A stretch of DNA of 64,000 nt, from positions 864,001 to 928,000 of the forward strand of contig JAXGPA010000001.1 in assembly GCA_040767195.1 (NCBI GenBank). The letters run 5' to 3'. This stretch comes from Syntrophales bacterium. Its GTDB lineage: Bacteria; Desulfobacterota; Syntrophia; Syntrophales; UBA6807. A program made the position numbers and the translations under genes. Below the pieces are notes generated by a model. The model saw nothing but the letters and a program-made list of their open reading frames with translations, searched no databases and had not been told where the DNA came from. This document shows, piece by piece, positions 47,993 through 56,482 of the stretch; the stretch's first letter is position 1, and each line of letters begins with the position of its first letter.

Positions 47993-50968
47993 TCAGTTTT
48001 TCAAGGAAAACTCCACCCGGCTTTCCCGGACGCCGCTCTTTTCCTGGGGAACCAGTTCCCGGGGCTCCATGAGGAAAAGACGCTCTTTTTCCACCTGGCC
48101 GCCGGACAGAAGGAAATCCCTCACGTTGGCGGCCCGATCATAAGCCAGCTTTCGCAGGTCGCCGTCGGTTATCTCCAGGTGATCCAGAACCATCTTCTTC
48201 CGTTCCGCCTCGGAAAGCGCCTTTTCGTCGACCCCTTTCCGTTTTTCCGCCGGCACCGTTTCCCGGTAAACCGTCTTCAGGAACCGCTCATATTCCTCGG
48301 GTTCCACCCTCAAAATGCCGTCGGCAGGTGGTTTTCGTCCTTTTTCGGCCAGGTCTTTCACTTTTTCGGCCTTGATCCGGTCCTCCAGGCGGGCCTCCCG
48401 AAGGGCTCTCCCATCCTGTTCGGGATTCACGTGGCCGGTGATCTCGAGCTTTAAAAGGGGCCTGTCATAAAGGGCCCTGGCAAGCGTTTCGAGTTTTTTC
48501 CGGGCCTCCTCGTCCAGATCGGTCTCTCCCGGGAGAAACTCAACGTATCCCAGTTCCTCTCCGCCACCGAAAACCGCCCCCAGGAGGGCGAAGGGCGCCG
48601 TCACCGCCTTAACGATGAGATTTCCCAATACCTTCAGGATAATTCCGCCGATACTGAACTCAGGGTCGTCGGTCTGCCCGGAAAGGGGAATGTCGAGATC
48701 GATTTTTCCCTGGCGGTCCTTCAGAAGAGCAATGGCGAGCTTGATGGGAAGGCCGACGGCGTCGGGGCTTTCGACGGGGTCCCCGAGAGTGAACTGGTCG
48801 ATGAGGACGGCGTTTTTCGCATCCAGTTTGTTGTTCTCAATGTGATACTTGAGGTTGAGAAAAAGTTTTCCCTTGTCGATGGGATACCCCAGATATTTTC
48901 TGCCGTACGGGGTGAGCGGGCTCAGGTCGACATTCTGAAAGATCACCTTGAGGTCCACAAAGAGGTCTTCCCCCAGCGGATTGACCTGCCCTTCGATGAC
49001 AAGGGGAATGACCTTTTCGTAGGTGCCCTTGAGACGGACGTCGGCACGGCTTTTTTCGTCGGAGAAAAGCCCTTCCACCGTTCCTTCCATGTCATAGAGA
49101 TTTGCCGTGAACGCAGGGGAGACGTGAAGATCCGTAAAATCAATCCTTCCCTTGTCCAAGGTGACTTTGTCGATGGCCACGGTCTCGAAAAAGGGCTTTT
49201 TGACCGGTCCGGCGGCGGCCTCGGGCGTCTTTTCCTTCGCCGGCTTTCCCTCTGTCTTTTCCGGCCCGCTTTCGTCTCCCTTTTCTTTTACCACATCGAG
49301 AAGGTTGCTCGATTTGTCGGGCCTGATGACGATCCGGGCGTAAAAGTCGGATCCCATGACTTCCTGAATTTTCAAGATGTTAGGCTCCAGGCTCAGCTCC
49401 AGTCCTTCCACGAGGGCGGTCTGAAAACGAAGCAGTTCTTCTCCTTTCGTGGCCTCGGCGGAAGAATAATCCTTTGCCTTGATCGATCCGGCGAAGGCAA
49501 CCGCGGGCGGAGACGAACTTTCTTTCTTGACACCGACGGTTCCGTCCAAGGAAACGGACCCGCCTGTCACGAGGAGGTTCAGGTTTTCCAGCACGTATGG
49601 CTGGAAGGGATACAGGGCCATGTCCTCGACCAGGATTCTCGCCTGAAAATCGAGAGGGTCGACACCCAGGGTGCCGTCTGTCAAAAAGGTTCCCTTGTCA
49701 GGGTCACGAAAGGCGAGGGAGACCGTTCCCTTGTCCCCGGAACCTGTGGAAAGGTTTTCCGCTGCAAGTCGAAGGTCCAGAAGTTCGATGGTCGCCGGGG
49801 CCTCCAGGGACGCGTCTTCAAAGACCACCCGGTAGCCTTCCAGGTTCAGGGCGGCGAGGAGCACCCGGGGAACGGCCTTTTCGGCGTTCTCCGTCGGCGG
49901 CAAAGCGTTTTCGGTCCCCGTGGATTCACTCGCCTTCGGTTCCGGCATGGCGACGAGACGGCCCACATTGAGGGACCCGTCCTTGAGCCGCTTCAACAAA
50001 AGAGCTCCCCCGGAGGACGCCACCTCACCGATGGTGATCTGGCGTTTTGCGAGATCGGCATCGACGGCGCGGACGGCGAAGAGGGGAATCTCCACGAAGG
50101 GGCGGCCCGCCCCCGGTTCCAGGAGGCGGAGATCCGTCAGGGTGACCGCCAGGCCGGACAGGATCGCCCCGGGGGGCGTTTCCTCTCCCCGGTATTGGAA
50201 GCCGGTACTCATGTTTACCTTTCCCGTTTCCCAGGAAAAAGCGAGAATGTCCCGTACGTACGGGAAATACTTGCCCGGAAAGAGGTCCGCCAGCGTCACC
50301 GTCCCGTCCGAGGCAAGGGGGCTCATGGAAAACGTCCCTTCCCCTGTCACCGTTTCAGCGATCTCCGTCGTCACGGCAAGGGCGAATTCCGCCTTCGATC
50401 CCGGAACCGTCCGGAAATGCCTGACGTTCACGTCAATGGGGTGGAGGGTGGTCTCGAAGGACCCGGCGGGAACCCTGTCGGTGAATTGAACCTTACCCCC
50501 CAGGAGCGCGAAGCGGTCTACTTCCACGGGGAGGGGTTTCAATCCTTCTTCTTCTTTCGCAGTCCCGGCTTCTTTTTCAGGAGATGGGGGAAGGAGCGCC
50601 TGGAGATTCACTGTCCCGTCGGAAAAACGCTCCACCCTGGCAAAAGGTTCGACGACGGCGATTTCACGGATCACCAGGGCCCGCCTGATAAGCGACATGG
50701 ATTGAATGTTGCCGTAAACCCGCTTGAAGGAAAGGAGGACCGTTGAACCGTCTTCCTCCATGATCCTGAGTCCCTCCACAGCCATGGACAGGGCGAAAGG
50801 GTTGGTCACCACGTGATCCACGGTGACCTCCCGTTGGAGTGCTTGCTTCATTTCTTTCGTGAGAAGACTCTGGACGTGAATGGGCAGAAGGGCAAACCCG
50901 AAAAAGGCGTAGAGAGCGACAAGGAAAAGAATCACCCTGAGAAAGGTTCGCTTTGTTTCCTTCTTCAT
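47993..50968 (-). CDS. DUF748 domain-containing protein
   Basis: N-terminal anchor, repeated beta-rich segments, PY..KY.GY.I.KGKL, LP..LA.ALL.DR.G.ID.D.P..G..DDP.FS, APF..LG; ATG 50968. Confidence 0.88.
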   Translation of the reverse strand: MKKETKRTFLRVILFLVALYAFFGFALLPIHVQSLLTKEMKQALQREVTVDHVVTNPFALSMAVEGLRIMEEDGSTVLLSFKRVYGNIQSMSLIRRALVIREIAVVEPFARVERFSDGTVNLQALLPPSPEKEAGTAKEEEGLKPLPVEVDRFALLGGKVQFTDRVPAGSFETTLHPIDVNVRHFRTVPGSKAEFALAVTTEIAETVTGEGTFSMSPLASDGTVTLADLFPGKYFPYVRDILAFSWETGKVNMSTGFQYRGEETPPGAILSGLAVTLTDLRLLEPGAGRPFVEIPLFAVRAVDADLAKRQITIGEVASSGGALLLKRLKDGSLNVGRLVAMPEPKASESTGTENALPPTENAEKAVPRVLLAALNLEGYRVVFEDASLEAPATIELLDLRLAAENLSTGSGDKGTVSLAFRDPDKGTFLTDGTLGVDPLDFQARILVEDMALYPFQPYVLENLNLLVTGGSVSLDGTVGVKKESSSPPAVAFAGSIKAKDYSSAEATKGEELLRFQTALVEGLELSLEPNILKIQEVMGSDFYARIVIRPDKSSNLLDVVKEKGDESGPEKTEGKPAKEKTPEAAAGPVKKPFFETVAIDKVTLDKGRIDFTDLHVSPAFTANLYDMEGTVEGLFSDEKSRADVRLKGTYEKVIPLVIEGQVNPLGEDLFVDLKVIFQNVDLSPLTPYGRKYLGYPIDKGKLFLNLKYHIENNKLDAKNAVLIDQFTLGDPVESPDAVGLPIKLAIALLKDRQGKIDLDIPLSGQTDDPEFSIGGIILKVLGNLIVKAVTAPFALLGAVFGGGEELGYVEFLPGETDLDEEARKKLETLARALYDRPLLKLEITGHVNPEQDGRALREARLEDRIKAEKVKDLAEKGRKPPADGILRVEPEEYERFLKTVYRETVPAEKRKGVDEKALSEAERKKMVLDHLEITDGDLRKLAYDRAANVRDFLLSGGQVEKERLFLMEPRELVPQEKSGVRESRVEFSLKN

Positions 50969-51189
50969 ATGCTCATCCCCCTTTCTCCGTTTCGGCCCAC
51001 CCGTTCTGACGGCAGGACGCCCGACGGCACCGCTTTCACCGGTCTGTCGATGGGAAACGTTCTCTGAACGAAACGGGTATTTCCCCCGGGGTTGTCGTTT
51101 CAAACCCCGGGGAAATACAGGGTCAGAATAGGAAAAAAACATCCCCCCTTCAAGGAAAAAAAGGAAAGGCTATTTTTTGTTATGTTATT

Positions 51190-52416
51190 TCAAAAGGATG
51201 AAGCCGAAGCCGTCCTGTCTGCGGCGCCGTTTGTCACCCGTCTCAACTGCCGCAGAGCCTGGCGGATCCGCTGCTCATTTTCCACGAGGGCGATCCGCAG
51301 ATAGCCTTCTCCCTCGGGACCGAAACCGATACCCGGCGACAGGACGACTTCGGCCTCTTCAATGAGACGCATGGAAAAATCCAGGGAGCCCATTTCCCGG
51401 AAGGGCTCGGGAATCCTCGCCCAGACGAACATGCTCGCCTTCGGTTTCTCCACCGGCCATCCCAGGGCGTTAAGCCCGTCACAGAGGACATCCCGTCTTT
51501 TTTCATAAACTTTCACCTGCTCTTCAATGAAGTCTTCGCAGTCCCTGAGAGCGACGATGGCGGCGATCTGGATGGCCTGGAAAAGCCCGTAATCATAATA
51601 TCCCTTTATCTTGCCAAGGGCTTCCACGATCTTTCCGTTGCCGACGCAGTACCCGACCCGCCATCCTGCCATGTTGTAGGATTTTGACAGGGTCCCGAAC
51701 TCCACGGCCACGTCCCGCGCCCCCGGGACCTGCAGAAGGCTCGGGGCGTCATAACCGTCAAAGGTCACCCGGCCGTAGGCAAAGTCGTGGACGATGACAA
51801 AGCGGTGCTTTTTCGCCAGCCGGACCGCTTCTTCAAAGAAGGGGAGGGAAACGGTCTTCGTCGTTGGATTGTGGGGATAATTGAGAAAGAGCGCCTTCGG
51901 AGCGGGACGGGCTTCACGGCAGAGGGTGTCCACCGTCCGCAGGAGGGTCTCGTCATCGTCGACGGGAACGGGAAGCACCGAGGCGCCGGCGATCACGGCG
52001 GAATAAATGTGAATGGGAAAGGCGGGCACGGGAACGATCACCGCATCCCCGGGACCGAGAAGTGCCAGAGACAGGTGGGAAACCCCTTCCTTGGACCCGA
52101 TGGTGCAGATGACCTCCTTCTCCGGAACGAGGGACACGCCATACTGCCTGTCGTAATACCGGGAAATCTCCCGGCGCAGGTTGTGGATTCCCGGAGCAAC
52201 GGAGTATCGGTGGTTCCGGGCGTCACGGACGACGGCGCAGAGTTTCTCCACCACCGGCCCGGGGGTCGGGTCGTTGGGGTTGCCCATGGCCAGGTCGATC
52301 ACGTCGATGCCCTGCCTTCGCTTTTCCTGCTTGATGCTGTTGAGCCGCCCGAAAAGATAGGGCGGCAGAAGATCCATGCGGTCCGCCAGCTTGATAAAAT
52401 CCTCTTTGCCTTCCAT
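51190..52416 (-). CDS. alaC: PLP-dependent class I aminotransferase, AlaC-like glutamate-pyruvate (alanine) transaminase
   Basis: LPPY.F, MGNP, VEKLC, TIGSKEG, PIHIY.AVIAGA, SKSYNMAGWR.G, IK.Y.DYG.F, PKASM.VWA.IP, SPGIGFG, AL.EN..RIRQA; these segments match E. coli AlaC as recalled. Confidence 0.82.
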   Translation of the reverse strand: MEGKEDFIKLADRMDLLPPYLFGRLNSIKQEKRRQGIDVIDLAMGNPNDPTPGPVVEKLCAVVRDARNHRYSVAPGIHNLRREISRYYDRQYGVSLVPEKEVICTIGSKEGVSHLSLALLGPGDAVIVPVPAFPIHIYSAVIAGASVLPVPVDDDETLLRTVDTLCREARPAPKALFLNYPHNPTTKTVSLPFFEEAVRLAKKHRFVIVHDFAYGRVTFDGYDAPSLLQVPGARDVAVEFGTLSKSYNMAGWRVGYCVGNGKIVEALGKIKGYYDYGLFQAIQIAAIVALRDCEDFIEEQVKVYEKRRDVLCDGLNALGWPVEKPKASMFVWARIPEPFREMGSLDFSMRLIEEAEVVLSPGIGFGPEGEGYLRIALVENEQRIRQALRQLRRVTNGAADRTASASSF

Positions 52417-52450
52417 CGTTTTACATCCTCCATCAGAAAATAATCAGGCC

Positions 52451-52486
52451 AATAAAAAAGCCATGAACGGCAAGGTCCACGGCCTT
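52451..52486 (-). terminator. Attenuator terminator 2 in the alaC leader
   Basis: RNA AAGGCCGUGGAC-cuugcc-GUUCAUGGCUUU followed by UUUAUU. Confidence 0.75.
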
Positions 52487-52491
52487 CGAAT

Positions 52492-52537
52492 AAAAAAAAG
52501 GCCATGGACGGTTCGATGATCGAATTGCCCATGGCCT
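52492..52537 (-). terminator. Attenuator terminator 1 in the alaC leader
   Basis: RNA AGGCCAUGGGC-aa-UUCGA-uca-UCGAA-cc-GUCCAUGGCC followed by U8. Confidence 0.85.
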
Positions 52538-52559
52538 GTGATGCTTTTATGTAAGGGAC

Positions 52560-52649
52560 TTACGGAAAAGCGCCACCCGCCATGGGCCCTGGAGCCCTGG
52601 CGGCCATAGCTGCGGCCATCCGGCTGGTCTTTTCCTCAAACACTCTCAA
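52560..52649 (-). CDS. Putative Ala-rich attenuator leader peptide MRVFEEKTSRMAAAMAARAPGPMAGGAFP
   Basis: TTG start after GAGGA RBS; 29 codons with 8 Ala (GCC, GCA, GCT and GCG all used); stop lies 22 nt before terminator 1. Confidence 0.75.
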   Translation of the reverse strand: MRVFEEKTSRMAAAMAARAPGPMAGGAFP

Positions 52650-52678
52650 TTTACATCCTCTGAATATTTTACCGCTTC

Positions 52679-52706
52679 AGAATACACGAGGCACCTTGTT
52701 TGTCAA
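52679..52706 (-). promoter_or_regulatory. Sigma70-type promoter of the alaC leader
   Basis: TTGACA(52706)-N16-TATTCT on the minus strand. Confidence 0.7.
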
Positions 52707-52948
52707 TCTTTTTTTCTTCCTCTGCTTCCCAGCTTCACGGTTGCCCCGGTCCCGTCTCCGCGCGGGACCTGTTAAGCGGTTCGCGAGACCCGTCCTCGAC
52801 CGGCTGAAAAGGCCGGCAAGCACGATGGCTGGAACGCATTGCGCTCTCTCCATGCCGATCGGGGCGTTGCGGTCATAAGGGCCTGTCCGTAACCGGACTT
52901 CACCGGGTTGAGTCGGGAAGGAAGCCGTACGGGTGGACGCCTTTTGCC

Positions 52949-53242
52949 TCACACTTTTTCAAGAACCGATTTGACCTTTTCCTCGATCCTACCCATTCCG
53001 CCTTTCCGGTAATCGGCGGTCAGGATCATGTACACGCGGTCACAGTCCTGCTCCAGCTCAGCGAAGCAGCGACGGACAAGGTCCATGACCTCTTCCGTGT
53101 CCCCCTCTATGACCGTGCTCATGGGGCCCACCTTGTGGGGCAGGGCGCTTTCCCGGATCAGCCGGACCACCCGGGCCACGTAGGGACTGACGCTTTCCCC
53201 TTTATCCATGGGGAAAATGGTGAGATTGACAAGGGTGCTCAT
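52949..53242 (-). CDS. MTH1187/YkoF family thiamine-binding protein
   Basis: FP...GESVS.YVA, GPM.T.IEG, RV......D.R, .EKV.SV; GGAGG RBS. Confidence 0.9.
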   Translation of the reverse strand: MSTLVNLTIFPMDKGESVSPYVARVVRLIRESALPHKVGPMSTVIEGDTEEVMDLVRRCFAELEQDCDRVYMILTADYRKGGMGRIEEKVKSVLEKV

Positions 53243-53439
53243 ATTCCCTCCCTACGGCTTTTTTATAAAAGAAACACAAACAATTCAAAGGGATGAATCA
53301 ATACGTCGGGATACTGCCCGTTACCGGAAAATCATGAAGCGTTGAAATGACGTCCGTTTTTATGGGATTGCCCCCATCCCTTTTTTCTGATACGTGAAAA
53401 AATACAAAATATCAAGGCGGGTTTCCGGACAGGACGGTC

Positions 53440-53916
53440 ATGCAGGTCAAGTACCCGGACAGGCAGCTTTCCCTCTTCAGAACCCGGATGATGGATGCCC
53501 TGAATCCGGACCACGAACTCGTCCGGGCCGCCCGGCGGATCGACTGGAAAGGTCTTCATGAATTTCTGCTGCCCTGCTACAGTTTGTCGGGCCGGATGGG
53601 CAAACCCATCCGGCTCATGGCGGGACTCTATTTTCTCAAACGCCGATATGACTGCTCCGACGCCGCCGCCCTGGAGGAGCTGCATGAGAATATATACTGG
53701 CAGCATTTCTGCGGATTCTCCTCTTTTCAGAAAGGCCCCCTCCTGGACGCCAAGGCCCTGGTCCGCTTTCGAAAAAGGCTTGGAACGGAACGGATGGCCC
53801 GTCTTGACGGGCTTTTCGAAAACACCTGGAAGGACCTCCCGGTGCCGAAAGGCACGGGGTTTCCACGGTTCCGGGCCCGCCCTTCCTTTCGCCGGAACAG
53901 GCGGCCTTCATCGTAA
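53440..53916 (+). mobile_element. IS5-family transposase N-terminal (DUF772-like) domain only; no DDE domain
   Basis: Q.SLF, L.P.H.LV.....IDW, GR...P.RLMAGL..LK....SD, EN.YWQ.FCG, D...L.RFRKRLG; ORF ends at 158 aa. Confidence 0.75.
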
Positions 53917-53961
53917 AGAGTCTTATCAGGTTCCTGCGTTTCTTTCTTATGACCGGCTCCG

Positions 53962-55281
53962 GTGTCTCCCGTGAAAAGCACGAAGCGGAATTTGCGATAC
54001 GATCTGGCCGACCGGCCGCCTTTTTTCGATTCCCTGTCCCTGGGCTTTCAGTGGTTTTTCGTTCTCATCCCGGGGGTCATCATCATCGGGAATATCGTCG
54101 GCAGAATCGAATTCGCCGATTTCGCAAACCAGACCCTCTATCTTCAGAAGACCGCCTTCGTGTGTGCCATCGTCCTTCTCGTCCAGATTTACCGGGGACA
54201 CCGGCTGCCCATCATCGCCGGGCCCTCGACGATCCTTCTCGTGGGCATTCTTTCAAGCCAGGGTGCCGCCTTCGCCGACATCTACAGCGCCATCATCCTG
54301 GGGGGAGGCATCCTCTCCCTGGCCGGTGTCACCGGCTTGTTCGGACAGGTGCGGCGTTTTTTCACGTCCCGGATCATCGCTGTTGTCCTTCTTCTCATCG
54401 CTTTCACACTCTGCCCCACCATTCTCAACCTTTTCACCCACGGCGAGGGGACGGCGTCGCCCTTTGAGGGGATTCTTTTCGCCACGGGCCTCACCTTCGC
54501 CATGATTCTCCTGTACCGCCTGGCCGGAGACGCCTGGCGGTCCCACATCATCCTGGCAGGGACCCTGGCGGGGAGTCTTCTCTATTTCCTCTTTTTTCCG
54601 GCCGCCCTGACATCCGGCAACGGAGGGCAGCCCCTGTTCGCCCCCCTTTTCGAAAACCTCCATCTCGGCCTGTCCGTGGAACCGGGGCTTCTCCTGGCGT
54701 TTCTCATCTGTTTTTTCGCCCTGGCCATCAACGACCTGGGCTCCATCGAGTCCCTGAACGTTCTTCTCGCCCTGCCGGAGGGTTCCCGAAGGATCACCCG
54801 GGGCATCACCCTGACCGGCCTTGGAAACATCCTGGCGGGCTTTTTCGGCGTCATCGGGCCGGTCAATTATTCCATGAGTCCCGGCCTCATCCTGTCCACG
54901 GGAAGCGCCGCCCGCTTTCCTGTCGTCCTTTCCGGTCTGTTCCTTCTTATACTTGCCTTTTCCCCCGCCGTGATCGGGCTGGCCGGCCGGATTCCCTCGC
55001 CCGTCATCGGGGCTGTCATGCTCTACATCACCGGCTCCCAGATCGTGGCGGGGCTGCTCATCGTCTTTGAGTCCACGGCGACGCTGGACTTTCAGGAAGG
55101 ACTCATCATCGGGCTGCCCGTCCTCCTGGGGACCATGGTGGCCTTCGCGCCGCCGGAAGTGATCCAGGCGATTCCCTCATCGCTCCGTTCCATGCTGGGA
55201 AACGGTTTTGTCATCGGGGTGGGGTCCTCCCTTCTCCTGGAACATGTTATCCTGAAAAAAAGAAAGGGGGCGTCGTCATGA
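53962..55281 (+). CDS. NCS2 family purine/pyrimidine permease
   Basis: LRY...DRPP, GFQW, Q...GHRLP...GPS, IPSPV.G, NG...G; about 12 TM segments. Confidence 0.85.
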   Translation: MSPVKSTKRNLRYDLADRPPFFDSLSLGFQWFFVLIPGVIIIGNIVGRIEFADFANQTLYLQKTAFVCAIVLLVQIYRGHRLPIIAGPSTILLVGILSSQGAAFADIYSAIILGGGILSLAGVTGLFGQVRRFFTSRIIAVVLLLIAFTLCPTILNLFTHGEGTASPFEGILFATGLTFAMILLYRLAGDAWRSHIILAGTLAGSLLYFLFFPAALTSGNGGQPLFAPLFENLHLGLSVEPGLLLAFLICFFALAINDLGSIESLNVLLALPEGSRRITRGITLTGLGNILAGFFGVIGPVNYSMSPGLILSTGSAARFPVVLSGLFLLILAFSPAVIGLAGRIPSPVIGAVMLYITGSQIVAGLLIVFESTATLDFQEGLIIGLPVLLGTMVAFAPPEVIQAIPSSLRSMLGNGFVIGVGSSLLLEHVILKKRKGASS

Positions 55282-56306
55282 AAGCCATGGTACTGACCCG
55301 CATGGTCGACCTGGAAAAAGAGCCGGCGCCCCTTTCGCCGGCAGAAGTCCCCGTCCCGGAGCCGGGGCTGGGCGAGATTCTCCTCAAGGTGTCCCGGTGC
55401 GGCGTGTGCCACACCGAACTGGATGAAATCGAGGGCCGGACGCCGCCGCCCAGACTGCCCGTCATCCCCGGTCACCAGGTGGTCGGCCGTGTCGTCAAGA
55501 AGGGAAAGGACGCCCGCCGTTACCAGGAAGGGGACCGGCTCGGCGTAGGATGGATTTACGACGCCTGCGGACAGTGTTCCTTCTGCCGCGAGGGGCGGGA
55601 AAACCTCTGCGCTGCCTTCCGGGCCACGGGACGGGACGTCGACGGCGGTTACGGGCAGTATATGACCGTGCCGGAAAACCACGCCCACCCCATCCCGGGG
55701 GTCTTTTCCGATTCCGAGGCGGCCCCCCTTCTGTGCGCCGGGGCCATCGGTTACCGGTCCCTGGCCCTGTCGGGCCTTCGGGACGGGCAGAACCTCGGGC
55801 TCACGGGATTCGGCGCCTCGGCCCACCTGGTCCTTCGCCTGGCCCGGGAAACCCATCCCCGGTCTTCTGTTTTCGTTTTCGCCCGAAGCGAAAAGGAAAG
55901 GGATTTCGCCCGGGAGCTCGGGGCCGCCTGGGCAGGGGACACGGCGGACACGGCACCGGAGAAGCTGCACGCCGTCATCGACACGACCCCGGCCTGGAAG
56001 CCCGTGGTGGAAGCCTTGAGAAATCTCGAACGGGGCGGGCGGCTCGTCATCAACGCCATCCGGAAGGATGACCGGGACCGGGAGGAACTTCTCCGGGTGG
56101 ACTACCCGGAACACCTGTGGATGGAAAAGGAAATCAAGAGTGTCGCCAATGTGACAGGAGAAGATATCGCCGCGTTCCTGGCGCTGGCGGCGGAAATCCC
56201 CATTCGGCCCACGGTGGAGGAGTTCGACCTGGAGCGGGCCAACGAAGCCCTGGGGGAGTTGAAGAACCGGAAAATCCGGGGCGCCAAGGTTCTCAAGATT
56301 CCCTGA
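55278..56306 (+). CDS. Zinc-dependent alcohol dehydrogenase family protein
   Basis: CGVCHT.LD, PGHQ, C..C..C.......C structural zinc site, APLLCAG.IGYR, GFGASAH, SVAN.T. Confidence 0.92.
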   Translation: MKAMVLTRMVDLEKEPAPLSPAEVPVPEPGLGEILLKVSRCGVCHTELDEIEGRTPPPRLPVIPGHQVVGRVVKKGKDARRYQEGDRLGVGWIYDACGQCSFCREGRENLCAAFRATGRDVDGGYGQYMTVPENHAHPIPGVFSDSEAAPLLCAGAIGYRSLALSGLRDGQNLGLTGFGASAHLVLRLARETHPRSSVFVFARSEKERDFARELGAAWAGDTADTAPEKLHAVIDTTPAWKPVVEALRNLERGGRLVINAIRKDDRDREELLRVDYPEHLWMEKEIKSVANVTGEDIAAFLALAAEIPIRPTVEEFDLERANEALGELKNRKIRGAKVLKIP

Positions 56307-56482
56307 AAGATCAGTTTTTTACAAGTCTTTAAAGAATCTTTTTTGCGTTTTTATGTATGACTTTGTCAAAGAGGGCCGCAAGGCGGGCGTGTGAATCGAG
56401 AGGAATGAACCGCGTGGACCGCCGCCTCGCGGTGCAGGAAAGGGGAGGAAGCGCCGCACATGGAGGGTGTTTCCCGAAGCCG

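Noticed and set aside
52900..52940. GTCGGGAAGGAAGCCG resembling the SRP RNA domain IV core
   Set aside because: The conserved CAGG-UCC-GGAA-GGA-AGCAG pairing is broken and there is no long enclosing stem
53243..53439. Possible TPP riboswitch upstream of the thiamine-binding protein gene
   Set aside because: No CUGAGA or AGCGUAGGGA-type core motifs seen
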